From NCBI GenBank assembly GCA_016869285.1, contig VGEN01000001.1, forward strand, positions 7,201 to 71,200: a stretch of DNA of 64,000 bases. Reading direction: 5' to 3'. Numbering within the stretch: the stretch's first letter is position 1; each line of letters opens with the position of its first letter. Below, piece by piece: positions 32,015 through 42,285 of this stretch. The notes under the pieces are model-generated. The model was given only the letters and a program-made list of their open reading frames with translations. It made no database searches and was not told the DNA's origin. Source of the stretch: Alphaproteobacteria bacterium (GTDB lineage Bacteria; Pseudomonadota; Alphaproteobacteria; SHVZ01). The translations under genes and the position numbers were made by a program.

Positions 32015-34441
32015 CTAGGCGCGCATCCGCGCGCCAGCCGGGTCGTAGGGCGGCTCCTTGAGAATTCGCGCCGGGCGGCGGTCGCCGATGATCTCGATCT
32101 CGAAACCGCCGAGCGCGGAGACGAGATCCTTCGGCACGTAGCCAAGCGCAAGAGACTTTGCCACGGTGTGGCCGTATCCACCCGAGGTGACCCAGCCGAC
32201 GACCTTGCCGGCGTGCCAGATCGGCTCATCGCCGAAGGCGTCGCCGTCGCGGGCGTCGACCTCGAACAGGACCAGGCGCCGCTCGCCGCCCGACTTGCGC
32301 TCGGCCTCCGCCGCAGCACGGCCGACGAAGTCCTTCTTCTCCAGGCGCACGAAGCGTCGCATGCCCGCCTCCTCCGGCCCGTAGATCGGCCGGTACTCGC
32401 GCGCCCAGGTCCCGTAGCACTTCTCCAGGCGCAGCGACAGCAGCGCGTGGGTGCCGAACTGCATGAGGCCGAGGTCGCGGCCGGCATCGAGGAGCGTCCG
32501 GTAGAGCAGCCGCTGATGGTCGGGCGCGCACCAGAGCTCATAGCCGAGCTCGCCGGTGAAGCTGATGCGCGAGACGATGCAGGGGACCATGCCGACCGAC
32601 ATCTCGCGGATCGACAGGAACGGGAAGGCGTTCGACGACAGCTCCTCGCGCACGAGGCGTCCGAGCAGGTCGCGCGCCTTCGGGCCGGCAATGGCCAAGC
32701 CGGACAGCGCGGCAGTCATCGGCCGGATCGCCACCTGGAGGCTTCCGCGCTGCCGCTCGAACCAGCGGAGATGATAGGCCTCGGCCGGGCCGGAACCGAT
32801 GATGAAGAAGCGGTCCTTGGCGAGCCGGCCGACGGTGAAGTCGCCGATCAGCTTGCCCTGCTCGTTCAGCATCGGCGCCAGCACGATGCGGCCCTCCTCC
32901 AGCATGCGGTTGGCGAGGATGCGCTCGAGGAAGGCCGCGGCATCCGGCCCGCTCACCTCGTAGCGTCCATAGGCCGAGGTCTCGATCAGGCCGACGCCGC
33001 TCCGCACCGCCTTGCACTCGGCGGCGACGACCGGAAAGGCATTCGATCGGCGGTAGGTGACCGTTTCCTCGGCCGGCGTGCCCTTGGGCGCGAACCAAAG
33101 CGGATATTCGAGGCCGTAGGAGGCTCCGAACACCGCATTCTCCGCCGCGAGCTCACCATGGATCGGCACGGTCCGCAGCGCCCGCGCCGCCGGCAGCTCC
33201 TCGTTGGGGAAGCGGATGCGGAAGCGGCGCGAGTAGTTCTCGCGCACCTTGGCGTTGGTATAGGCCATGGTCGCCCAGTCGCCGTAGCGCGAGACGTCCA
33301 TGCCCCAGACATCGAAGCCCGGGTCGCCCTGGATCATCCAGTTGGAGAGCGCCAGGCCGACGCCACCGCCTTGGCTGAATCCCGCCATGACGCCGCAGGC
33401 GACCCAGTAGTTCTTCAGGCCCCGCACCGGCCCGACAAGCGGATTGCCGTCGGGCGTGAAGGTGAAGGGACCGTTGACCACGCGTTTGATGCCGGCACGC
33501 CCGATCGCGGGAAAGTGGCGGAAGCCGGTATCGAGGCTGGCGGAGATGCGATCGAGGTTCTCCTGCAGCAGCTCAGGCCCGAAATCCCAGGAAGTCGTAT
33601 CCGGCATCCACGGCACGCCTTCGCGCTCGTAGCTGCCAAGCAGAATCCCTTTCCCTTCCTGGCGAAGATAGAGCTCGCCTTCGAAGTCGATGACATGGAC
33701 CAGCTCCTTGCCGGTCCAGGCCTCGATCTCGGCGACCTCCGCTGAGTCCTCGGTGACGATGTAGTGGTGCTCCATCGCCAGCACCGGCAGCTCCAGGCCG
33801 ACCATGCGGCCGACCTCGCGCGCCCAGAGACCGCCGGCGTTGACCACATGCTCGGCTGTGATCGTGCCCTTGTCGGTGACGACGTCCCAGCTTCCCTCAG
33901 GCCGCAGGTTCAGCTCGATCACGCGGGTCTGGCGGTAGATCTCGGCGCCGAAGATCCGGGCTGCCTTGGCATAGGCATGCGTCGTGCCCGAGGGATCGAG
34001 ATGCCCTTCGAGCGGGTCGTACATGGCGCCGATGAAGTATCTCTCATCGATCAGCGGCAGCCGGCGCTTGGCCTCGGCCGCATCGATGATCTCGGTGTCC
34101 ATGCCGAGATAGCGGCCCTTGGCATGCGCAAGCTTCAGGAAGTCCATGCGCTCGGGCGTGCCGGCCAGCATCATGCCGCCGGTGATGTGCAACCCGCAGG
34201 ACTGGCCTGAGATCTCTTCGATCTCCTTGTATAGCTGCACCGTGTAGCTCTGCAGCTTGGCAACGTTGGGGTCGCCGTTGAGCGTGTGGAAGCCGCCGGC
34301 GGCGTGCCAGCTCGAGCCCGAGGTCAGCTCCAGGCGCTCGATCAGGCAGATGTCCTTCCAGCCGGCCTTGGCCAGATGGAAGAGCACACTGCAGCCGACA
34401 ACGCCGCCGCCGATCACGGCGACGCGGACATGAGACTTCAT
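32015..34441 (-). CDS. dimethylglycine dehydrogenase / sarcosine dehydrogenase family protein (FAD oxidoreductase fused to GcvT-like folate-binding domain), paralog 1
   Basis: 808 aa; N-terminal VAVIGGGVVGCSVLFHLA FAD fold; C-terminal aminomethyltransferase-like domain. Confidence 0.85.
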   Translation of the reverse strand: MKSHVRVAVIGGGVVGCSVLFHLAKAGWKDICLIERLELTSGSSWHAAGGFHTLNGDPNVAKLQSYTVQLYKEIEEISGQSCGLHITGGMMLAGTPERMDFLKLAHAKGRYLGMDTEIIDAAEAKRRLPLIDERYFIGAMYDPLEGHLDPSGTTHAYAKAARIFGAEIYRQTRVIELNLRPEGSWDVVTDKGTITAEHVVNAGGLWAREVGRMVGLELPVLAMEHHYIVTEDSAEVAEIEAWTGKELVHVIDFEGELYLRQEGKGILLGSYEREGVPWMPDTTSWDFGPELLQENLDRISASLDTGFRHFPAIGRAGIKRVVNGPFTFTPDGNPLVGPVRGLKNYWVACGVMAGFSQGGGVGLALSNWMIQGDPGFDVWGMDVSRYGDWATMAYTNAKVRENYSRRFRIRFPNEELPAARALRTVPIHGELAAENAVFGASYGLEYPLWFAPKGTPAEETVTYRRSNAFPVVAAECKAVRSGVGLIETSAYGRYEVSGPDAAAFLERILANRMLEEGRIVLAPMLNEQGKLIGDFTVGRLAKDRFFIIGSGPAEAYHLRWFERQRGSLQVAIRPMTAALSGLAIAGPKARDLLGRLVREELSSNAFPFLSIREMSVGMVPCIVSRISFTGELGYELWCAPDHQRLLYRTLLDAGRDLGLMQFGTHALLSLRLEKCYGTWAREYRPIYGPEEAGMRRFVRLEKKDFVGRAAAEAERKSGGERRLVLFEVDARDGDAFGDEPIWHAGKVVGWVTSGGYGHTVAKSLALGYVPKDLVSALGGFEIEIIGDRRPARILKEPPYDPAGARMRA

Positions 34442-34463
34442 CGCCTACCCCCCCCGAAACCCT

Positions 34464-35522
34464 TCACTCGGCCGCCTTGACGCCTCTCGGCGTGCGCATC
34501 GCTTCGAGCCCGCGGAACTCGACGAAGCGCGTCATTGCCGCCCAGAGGTGGTCGCCGTAAAGGAACGGCTCGAACGGCGCGATGCCCGGCAGCGGCAACG
34601 GTACGATCACCGCGTCGACACGCGGCTCGTAGAAAAACGGGATCGAGAAGCGCTCGCGGTCCGGCCCGATGACTCGGTGCTCGGTCGCCTTGATCCGCCC
34701 GCCGGTCCAGCGTTCGAGCACACCGCCGAAATTGACCGCCAGCGTGCCTTCGGTCGGCGGTACGTCGATCCACTCGCCGCTCGCCGTGCGCGCCTGCAGC
34801 CCTTCGATCCCGTCTTGCGCGAGAAGCGTGACGAATCCTGAGTCGACATGGGCACCGCCGATCAGGTTACGCCGCCGGCCCTGGTGATCGACCAGGATCG
34901 CGCTCATGTCGCCTCCGACGAAGGACTCGGGCGGGCGCACCGGGTAGCGGATCAGGCGCAGCGTCGAGTTGCCGCCGGCAAAGGCAGCGTCGAAGTGCGC
35001 CTCGGCAAGACCCAGGCCGCGAGCAACCGATGCCATCAGCAGGCGCCCGAGCCGTTCCATGCCGCGGTAGTACTGCGCCACATCGGCGCGCCAGCCCGGA
35101 AGTTGCTTCTCCTCCGGCAACGGGGTCGGCTCGGTCAGAGGATCGCTCGGATCGGGGAGGAAGGCCGGATCGGCGACGTCCGGCCCCATGTCGATGCCTT
35201 CCTTGTAGGTCATCGCGCCGTTCTGAAGCGGAAACCAGCCGTGATAGATGTTGGGCTGTGCCGGATCGAACTTTCGCCGCCACAAGCGGCGCTTGATCGG
35301 CTCCGGCAGCGCGAAGACCCGAAGGAGACCGGCACGCACCGCGGCGCCATGCGGGATCTCGGAAGGCAGCCCCGAGATCGCCAGGAACCCGACCTCGCCG
35401 GCGGCCGACAAGATGCGCAGGTCCGTCTCCTGTCGGAGCCGCGACGGCGGGCCCAACAATGGCCCGATGTCGATGGTCGGGATCACACGCGACAGTCGAG
35501 GCGCGGAGGCAAGCAAAGTCAA
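34464..35522 (-). CDS. 2-oxoglutarate/Fe(II)-dependent dioxygenase (isopenicillin-N-synthase-like)
   Basis: 352 aa; HxD...H facial triad (AHVDSG ... TEHRV) and C-terminal RxS-like 2OG-binding region. Confidence 0.7.
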   Translation of the reverse strand: MTLLASAPRLSRVIPTIDIGPLLGPPSRLRQETDLRILSAAGEVGFLAISGLPSEIPHGAAVRAGLLRVFALPEPIKRRLWRRKFDPAQPNIYHGWFPLQNGAMTYKEGIDMGPDVADPAFLPDPSDPLTEPTPLPEEKQLPGWRADVAQYYRGMERLGRLLMASVARGLGLAEAHFDAAFAGGNSTLRLIRYPVRPPESFVGGDMSAILVDHQGRRRNLIGGAHVDSGFVTLLAQDGIEGLQARTASGEWIDVPPTEGTLAVNFGGVLERWTGGRIKATEHRVIGPDRERFSIPFFYEPRVDAVIVPLPLPGIAPFEPFLYGDHLWAAMTRFVEFRGLEAMRTPRGVKAAE

Positions 35523-35687
35523 CCGCCTTCAAGGGCGAAATCGCGACAGCCATGGTCGCTGCTCGACCACTTGAAAGGCCTGCCGGGCTTGCGCCCCTCG
35601 GTGCCGGTGGACTAGCCTCAACTCACCACTTCTGCGTCGAAACCGCCGCTCAAGGCCGGGTCAGCGCGGATCAACGGGGAGACCATC

Positions 35688-37355
35688 ATGACCGACAAGC
35701 TTCACCCGATCATCGAGAAGGCTGGCCGCGAATTCGCTGACGGCAAGCTCGGCCGCAGAGAGTTTCTGCGGATTGCAGTTTTGCTCGGCGTCGCCGCGCC
35801 CACCGCCTATGGCATGGTCGGCCTTGCCGCGCCGGCAATGGCCCAGGGAGCGCCAAAGAAGGGCGGCACCATCCGCCTTGGCATGCGCGTGCAGGACATA
35901 TCGAGCCCGCACACCTATTCCTGGATCGAGTCCGCGAATTCGGCCCGCCAGACCCTCGACTACATGGCTGTCACCGGCATCGACAACGTGACCCGGCCGT
36001 CGCTGGTGCAGAAGTGGGAAGCCACTCCCGACCTCAAGACCTGGACGTTGCAGCTCCGCCGCGACGTCAAGTGGCGGAAGGGTCGCCAGTTCAACGCCGA
36101 CGACGCGATCTGGAACCTGAAGCGGGTGCTCGACGACAAGACCGGCTCCTCCGTCGTCGGCCTGCTCAAGGGCTTCATCCTGACCGAGTTCGATGACGGC
36201 CAGAAGGACGCCAAGGGCAACCCGCGCAAGTCGGTCAAGCTCTGGGACGCGAATGCGATCCAGAAGGTCGACGATTTCACCGTGAAGCTCAACGGCCAGA
36301 CCGCCAACCTGGCGATCCCGGAGGCGCTCTATCACTATCCGCTGCTGATCTGCTCGCCCGAGGATGGCGGCAAGTTCGGCATCGGCAGTGACGGCACGGG
36401 CGCCTACGAGCTCGTCGAGCACGAGGTCGGCAAGCGCTCGCTCTACGTCGCCACCAAGACCGCCCACTGGAGCGGCATGGGCCCGAATGTCGACCGCTTC
36501 GAGATCATCGATCTCGGCGACGACGCGGCGGCGCAGGTCTCGGCGCTCGCCTCCAAGCAGGTCGACATGATCTACCAGGGCGCGATCTCGACCCTGCCGA
36601 CGGTCGAACGGCTGCCGCATGTCCAGGTCAACACGGTCGACAGCGGCTATACTGCCGTCGCCCGCACGCATCCGATCAAGCCATTCGACGACAAGCGGGT
36701 GCGCCAGGCGCTGCGTCATGCAACCGATACCGAGGCGGTGCTCAAGGCCGCCTATCGCGGTCTCGGCAAGCCTGGCGAGCACCATCACGTCGCCCCGGTG
36801 CATCCGGAGTACGCGAATATCGGCTTCATGAAGCAGGATATCGCCAAGGCGAAGGCCCTGCTGGCCGAGGCCGGTCACCCGAACGGCATCGACTGCCAGA
36901 TCGATTGCCGCCCCCAGCCGGACTGGGAACTCCTGGCGGTCCAGACCATGGTCGAGCAGTGGAAGGCAGCCGGCATTCGCGCCAAGATCAACGTGATGCC
37001 CTCGGCCCAGTACTGGGAGAACTGGACCAAAGTCCCGTTCGGCTTCACCACCTGGGCACACCGCCCGCTCGGCACCATGGTCCTCGGTCTCGCGTATCGT
37101 TCGGGCGCAGCCTGGAACGAATCCGCCTGGTCGAATGCCGAGTTCGACAAACTGATCACCGAGGCGGAAGGCTATCTCGATGTTGAGAAGCGCCGCGCCG
37201 TGATGGCCAAGATCCAGCGCATCATGCTCGACGAGGGCCCCGCCGTCGTCCCGCTGTGGCGTGCGGTCTTCAACTACTCGGACAAGAAGATCAAGGGCTA
37301 CAAGATCCATCCGAGCATCTACATCGACATCAAGGACCTCTGGATCGACGCCTAA
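35688..37355 (+). CDS. ABC transporter substrate-binding protein, family 5, Tat-exported
   Basis: 555 aa; twin-arginine signal GRREFLRIAVLLGVAAPTAYG...AMAQ. Confidence 0.85.
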   Translation: MTDKLHPIIEKAGREFADGKLGRREFLRIAVLLGVAAPTAYGMVGLAAPAMAQGAPKKGGTIRLGMRVQDISSPHTYSWIESANSARQTLDYMAVTGIDNVTRPSLVQKWEATPDLKTWTLQLRRDVKWRKGRQFNADDAIWNLKRVLDDKTGSSVVGLLKGFILTEFDDGQKDAKGNPRKSVKLWDANAIQKVDDFTVKLNGQTANLAIPEALYHYPLLICSPEDGGKFGIGSDGTGAYELVEHEVGKRSLYVATKTAHWSGMGPNVDRFEIIDLGDDAAAQVSALASKQVDMIYQGAISTLPTVERLPHVQVNTVDSGYTAVARTHPIKPFDDKRVRQALRHATDTEAVLKAAYRGLGKPGEHHHVAPVHPEYANIGFMKQDIAKAKALLAEAGHPNGIDCQIDCRPQPDWELLAVQTMVEQWKAAGIRAKINVMPSAQYWENWTKVPFGFTTWAHRPLGTMVLGLAYRSGAAWNESAWSNAEFDKLITEAEGYLDVEKRRAVMAKIQRIMLDEGPAVVPLWRAVFNYSDKKIKGYKIHPSIYIDIKDLWIDA

Positions 37356-37449
37356 GGCGTGGTCCCAGCGGCTTCGCCCTGCGGACGTACGACACGTCCG
37401 CAGGGCCGCCGGCCCCTTTTCAGTCCTTTAACGCCTACCGCCCGGAGCG

Positions 37450-38391
37450 GTGATGCTGCGATATTCGGCGAAGCAGCTACTGAACATGGCGCTGACGCTG
37501 TTCGCGGTGTCGTTCCTGGTCTTCGCCTTGAACGAGCTGTCGCCGGGCGACGTCACACGCAAGATCCTCGGCCCCTATGCCTCGCAGAGCCAGGTCGACC
37601 ACCTGACCCGAGAGATGGGTTTGGATCGCCCGGCCCTTGTCCGCTACTTCGAATACATGGGCAAGGCCCTGACAGGGAACTTCGGCAACTCGATCTACTA
37701 CCGCCAGCCGGTCTCGGAGCTCATGTGGGACCGTCTCGGCAACACGCTGCTGCTCGCCGCCATCTCCTTTGCCGTCATCGTACCGATTTCGGTCCTGCTC
37801 GGCGTGCTGGCCGGCATGCGCGAACGCGGCTGGTTCGACCGCGCCGTCTCGATCTTCTCCTCGATATGCGCCTCCATCCCGGAATTCGCCATGGGCGTCT
37901 TCCTGCTCGCCATCTTCGTCGTCTGGCTCGGCGTGCTGCCAGGCACCTCGCCGCTCCGCGGCGATGCCGGCTGGGCGATCTGGATGCAGTTCGTCCTGCC
38001 GGTGCTGGTCGTCACCTTCTATGACGCCGGCTATCTGATCGCGATGGTGCGCTCCTCGATGGTCGAGGTCATGCGCCAGCCCTATATCCGGACCGCGCTG
38101 CTCAAGGGCAATTCTTTCCGCAATGTCGTTGCCAAGCACGCGCTCCGCAACGCGCTGATCACGCCCTTCACCGTGATCCTGCTGCAGCTCAACTACCTCG
38201 TCTCCGGCCTCGTCGTCGTCGAGACGCTGTTCGCCTATCCCGGCTTCGGCCGGCTGATGCTCGAAGCGGCGCTGGCCAAGGACATCGCGGTGCTCGAGGC
38301 CGGCACTCTGGTCGCCGTCAGCGTCACCATGCTGACCCAGCTCTTCGGCGATCTCGGCTACATGGCTCTGGATCCGAGGATCCGCGTATGA
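37450..38391 (+). CDS. ABC transporter permease, DppB-like
   Basis: 313 aa TM protein, ...ALDPRIRV C-terminus. Confidence 0.85.
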   Translation: MMLRYSAKQLLNMALTLFAVSFLVFALNELSPGDVTRKILGPYASQSQVDHLTREMGLDRPALVRYFEYMGKALTGNFGNSIYYRQPVSELMWDRLGNTLLLAAISFAVIVPISVLLGVLAGMRERGWFDRAVSIFSSICASIPEFAMGVFLLAIFVVWLGVLPGTSPLRGDAGWAIWMQFVLPVLVVTFYDAGYLIAMVRSSMVEVMRQPYIRTALLKGNSFRNVVAKHALRNALITPFTVILLQLNYLVSGLVVVETLFAYPGFGRLMLEAALAKDIAVLEAGTLVAVSVTMLTQLFGDLGYMALDPRIRV

Positions 38392-39296
38392 CCGAGGTCA
38401 GTCACGACCTGGCGGGCGGACGCGTCGGCAGCTTCCGCGGCACGGACGCCGCCGCCGCGTCGCGCGGCTGGGCACGCAAGATCTACGATCTTCTCACCCG
38501 TTCCCCGATCGGCACGATCGGCGCCGCGATTCTGCTGACCTGGACGATCCTCGCCGTCTTCGCGCCGTGGATCGCCCCCTACTCGCCGACCAAGATCGAT
38601 CCGGCGCTGATTGCCGATCCCTACCCCTCCGCCCAGCACTGGCTCGGCGTCGATCATCTCGGCCGCGACATCCTCTCACGCCTGATCTGGGGTGCCCGCA
38701 CCGTGCTGACCGTGGCACCGACCGCCGTACTCGGCGCCGTGATCCTCGGCACCTTCCTCGGGCTTCTCGCCGGGTATCGCGGCGGCATCGTCGATGCCGT
38801 CATCATGCGGATCGGCGACACGCTACTGGCCTTCCCCAAGATCATCCTCTACCTGATCATCATCGCCAAATTCGGTGCCTCGGCCTTCAACATCATCGCC
38901 GTGATCACGCTCTCCTCGGCGCCGATCATCGCGCGCATCGTCCGCGGCGTGACGCTCGACATCAAGAACCGCGACTATGTCGCCGCCGCTCGCATGCGCG
39001 GCGAGAGCGCCTTCTTCATCATGTTTGTCGAGATCCTGCCGAACGCTCGAGGCCCGCTGATCGTCGATTTCTTCCTGAGGCTGGGATATACGACGATCGC
39101 GATCGGCGTGCTTGGCTTCCTCGGCGTCGGGCTGCCGCCGCCGGACCCCGACTGGGGCGGCATGGTCAAGGAAGCCTACGGCATGATCTTCGTGTGGCCG
39201 CACATGACGATCATCCCGTCGCTCGCCATATCCTCGCTCGTCATCGGCGCCAACTTCCTTGCGACCGGGCTTCGCGAAGCCTCGCTCGATGGCTGA
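38388..39296 (+). CDS. ABC transporter permease, DppC-like
   Basis: 302 aa, 6 TM, overlaps upstream stop by 4 bp. Confidence 0.85.
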   Translation: MTEVSHDLAGGRVGSFRGTDAAAASRGWARKIYDLLTRSPIGTIGAAILLTWTILAVFAPWIAPYSPTKIDPALIADPYPSAQHWLGVDHLGRDILSRLIWGARTVLTVAPTAVLGAVILGTFLGLLAGYRGGIVDAVIMRIGDTLLAFPKIILYLIIIAKFGASAFNIIAVITLSSAPIIARIVRGVTLDIKNRDYVAAARMRGESAFFIMFVEILPNARGPLIVDFFLRLGYTTIAIGVLGFLGVGLPPPDPDWGGMVKEAYGMIFVWPHMTIIPSLAISSLVIGANFLATGLREASLDG

Positions 39297-41343
39297 AATC
39301 CTCGCGTTCGAGCATGCCTCGATCGCCTATGACGGGCGTGCCGGCCGCCAGATCATCCTGAACGACGTCGATTTCTCGATCGGCGAGGGCGAAGCGCTCG
39401 GCCTCGTCGGCGAGTCCAGCTGCGGCAAGTCCACCGTGGCGCTCGCCGCCATGCGTTACCTTCCGCGCGGCATGAGCGTCATCGACGGCCGCATCCGCGT
39501 CGAAGGCCGCGACATCGCCGGGCTTACCGACCGCGAGCTCTCGCGCATCCGCGGCAACCGGATCGCCATGGTCTACCAGGACCCGATGTCGAGCCTGAAC
39601 CCGGTGATGCCGATCGGCAAGCAGCTCATGGAAGTCCCGCTGCTTCATGGCGAGACCGACGAAAACGCCGCGTTCCGCCGTGCCGTCGCGATGCTCGAAG
39701 AAGTCCGCCTCCCCGCCGCCGCGGCGATGATGGAGCGCTACCCGCACCAGCTCTCCGGCGGCCAGCAGCAGCGTGTCGTCATCGCCATGGCACTGATGGC
39801 GAAGCCCGCACTCCTGATCATGGACGAGCCGACCACCGGCCTCGACGTCACCATCGAGGCCGCGATCCTGGAGCTGGTCCGCGAGCTTCGCGCCAAGTTT
39901 GGTACGGCGATCCTGTTCATCTCGCACAACCTCGGCACGGTCGCGCGCATCTGCGACCGAATTGGCGTGCTCTATGCCGGGCGCATGGTCGAGACCGGCC
40001 GGATCGGTGCGGTCTTCCGCTCCCCCTCACACCCCTACACACGCGGCCTGCTCGGCGCGCTGCCGCGCCTGAGCGGCGGAGGACGCCGCGGCCGGCTTCG
40101 ACCGATCGAAGGCACCATCGCCGCCGCCGATCGCGCCCGGCCGGGTTGCGCCTTCGCGCCGCGCTGCAGCTTTGCCGCCCGCCACGAATGCGAAGAGCGT
40201 CCGATCCTGATGGTCGAGCTCGGCGACGGGCATCTTGCCCGCTGCGCGCGGCTCGACGCCGTCCGCGCCAGCGCCGAAGACGATCGTGCGGCCGCAGCTT
40301 CTGCAGCCACGGATGGTGCTCCCATCGTCCTCCGTGTCCGCAAGCTCAGCAAGGAGTACAAGCTGACCGGACTCTTCGGCGGCGAGAAGAAGGGCGTCGT
40401 CCGCGCCGTGACCGATGTCGATCTCGATGCCCGCGCCGGCGAAACGCTGGCGATCGTCGGCGAGTCGGGCTGCGGTAAGTCGACGCTCGCCCGCATCGTC
40501 TCGGGCCTGCTCGCCGGTACCTCGGGCGAGGTCAAGCTCGGCGAGACCGATCTGGCGAAGCTCGAAGTCGATGACCGCCCGCCCGAGATTCGTCGTCAAA
40601 TCCAGATGGTGTTCCAGAATCCGGACTCAACGCTGAATCCCAGCCACTCCATCGCCTACGCCCTGTCGCGGCCGCTGCGCATGCTGCGCAACCTTGCCAG
40701 CGGCGACGCCAAGACCGAAGTGTCGAAGCTCCTGGCCCAGGTGCGGCTACCGGTTGAAGTGGCCGAGCGCATGCCGCACCAGCTCTCCGGCGGCCAGCGC
40801 CAGCGGGTGGCCATCGCCCGCGCGCTCGCCGGCAAGCCGAAACTCGTCGTCGCCGATGAGCCGGTCTCCGCCCTCGACGTCTCGGTCCAGGCGGCGATCC
40901 TCAATCTGCTCGGCGAGCTGCTCGAGCAGTCGCGGCTCGGCCTCGTGCTGATCTCGCACGACCTGGCCCTGGTCCGGCACATGGCAGACTGGGTCGCGGT
41001 CATGTATCTCGGCCGCGTCGTCGAGTACGGGCCGGTCGCGCAGGTCTTCAGCCCGCCCTTCCATCCCTACACCGAAGCGCTGCTGCGGGCCGCACCGACG
41101 CCCGATCCCGATGCGGCGCCGCCGACGGCGGCGCTTGAAGGCATGATGCCGAGCCCGACCGAGATCATCGTCGGCTGCGCCTTCGCCAGCCGCTGCCCGA
41201 GCCGTATCGCCGAGCAGTGCGATACGACGCCGCCGCCGGTGCGCCAATTCGGCGAGCACCGGATCGCCTGCCACCTGGAGCTTGGCCGTCAGGCGCCTGC
41301 AGAACGCGGCGGCCGCACCGAAATCCGGTCGTCGATCTCGTAA
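39289..41343 (+). CDS. tandem (duplicated) ABC ATP-binding protein, DppD-DppF fusion
   Basis: About 685 aa with two complete NBDs: Walker [10 protein letters not shown] and GESGCGKST, signatures [12 protein letters not shown] and [12 protein letters not shown], Walker B IMDEPT and VVADEP. Confidence 0.85.
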   Translation: MAEILAFEHASIAYDGRAGRQIILNDVDFSIGEGEALGLVGESSCGKSTVALAAMRYLPRGMSVIDGRIRVEGRDIAGLTDRELSRIRGNRIAMVYQDPMSSLNPVMPIGKQLMEVPLLHGETDENAAFRRAVAMLEEVRLPAAAAMMERYPHQLSGGQQQRVVIAMALMAKPALLIMDEPTTGLDVTIEAAILELVRELRAKFGTAILFISHNLGTVARICDRIGVLYAGRMVETGRIGAVFRSPSHPYTRGLLGALPRLSGGGRRGRLRPIEGTIAAADRARPGCAFAPRCSFAARHECEERPILMVELGDGHLARCARLDAVRASAEDDRAAAASAATDGAPIVLRVRKLSKEYKLTGLFGGEKKGVVRAVTDVDLDARAGETLAIVGESGCGKSTLARIVSGLLAGTSGEVKLGETDLAKLEVDDRPPEIRRQIQMVFQNPDSTLNPSHSIAYALSRPLRMLRNLASGDAKTEVSKLLAQVRLPVEVAERMPHQLSGGQRQRVAIARALAGKPKLVVADEPVSALDVSVQAAILNLLGELLEQSRLGLVLISHDLALVRHMADWVAVMYLGRVVEYGPVAQVFSPPFHPYTEALLRAAPTPDPDAAPPTAALEGMMPSPTEIIVGCAFASRCPSRIAEQCDTTPPPVRQFGEHRIACHLELGRQAPAERGGRTEIRSSIS

Positions 41344-41684
41344 TAGTCGCCGGCATCCTCGGCGAAGATCTGCAACGTTGTCCTGAGGCCGGTCGGTTCG
41401 TCCAGGCTGCCGGCGGCGACCGAAACCATGTCCGTGCCGAGCCGTTCCCAGAACAGGCTCGAACCGCAGCCGCGGCAGAAGCCGCGCCGGGCGAGCTCCG
41501 AGGAACGGAACCAGGCGACGTCGCCCTCGACCTTCAGGTCGACCTTGGCGACGCGTGTGTACGCGCCGACATGACCGTGCCAGCGGCGGCATTGGCTGCA
41601 ATGGCAGACCACGACGTTCCTCAAGCCACCGCTCAGGCGGAAGCGGATCGCGCCACAAAGGCACTGCCCCTCGATTTCGCTCAT
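41289..41684 (-). CDS. GFA family protein (glutathione-dependent formaldehyde-activating enzyme / CENP-V-like zinc protein)
   Basis: 131 aa from internal ATG; Cys pattern CLCGAIRF...CHCSQCRR...CRGCGS typical of GFA domain. Confidence 0.7.
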   Translation of the reverse strand: MSEIEGQCLCGAIRFRLSGGLRNVVVCHCSQCRRWHGHVGAYTRVAKVDLKVEGDVAWFRSSELARRGFCRGCGSSLFWERLGTDMVSVAAGSLDEPTGLRTTLQIFAEDAGDYYEIDDRISVRPPRSAGA

Positions 41685-42283
41685 GCTCGTGTCTCCGTCA
41701 TCGTCGCGTAGACTTCGACATTGCCGGTCCAGCAATAGAGCGCCAGCAGCGGCTCGTCGCTCGTCCGCATGGCATGGCGAACCATCGGCGTGTGATGGAT
41801 GACCGAGCCAGGCGGCCTCATTCGCCAGCCCTCCCCTTCCCGCCACCATTCCGCGTTACCGGCGACGACGTGATAGATTTCCTCGGCCGGATGCGCGTGG
41901 TCCGGGTAGTGCATCTCCGGCCCCAGCAGCAGCAGGCCGACGAGCAGATCGGTGCTCTCGACCGGGCGTCCAGGCCCGATCAGCTCGACATAGCCGTAAC
42001 GGTCGTCGTAGCCGGGCCCCATGCCCTCGACCGAGTAGTTCGGATTCTGCAGCCAGGTCGCCAACGGCTCGACCGCCGCAAAGGCCTCGGCGACTTCGGC
42101 CAGCGGCCCGCGACGGCCGAGTTCGACCGCCTGCCCGACGAATTTCGCCACCGGTTTGCGGCCAGCCCGGCCGAGTTGCAGATCCCGGTCCTTGACAACG
42201 GCGATGCGCGCGCTTGCAACCGCGAGCGGACCTTCGCTTGCTTCGCGATAGACCGCCTCGATCGCGCGCAGCAGCGTCAGCAT
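41681..42283 (-). CDS. cupin domain protein (possible DddL/DddQ/DddW-like DMSP-lyase-type cupin)
   Basis: 200 aa from internal ATG; cupin metal motif HYPDHAHPAEEIYHVVAG...H; ATGA overlap with GFA gene. Confidence 0.5.
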   Translation of the reverse strand: MLTLLRAIEAVYREASEGPLAVASARIAVVKDRDLQLGRAGRKPVAKFVGQAVELGRRGPLAEVAEAFAAVEPLATWLQNPNYSVEGMGPGYDDRYGYVELIGPGRPVESTDLLVGLLLLGPEMHYPDHAHPAEEIYHVVAGNAEWWREGEGWRMRPPGSVIHHTPMVRHAMRTSDEPLLALYCWTGNVEVYATMTETRA

Positions 42284-42285
42284 TG

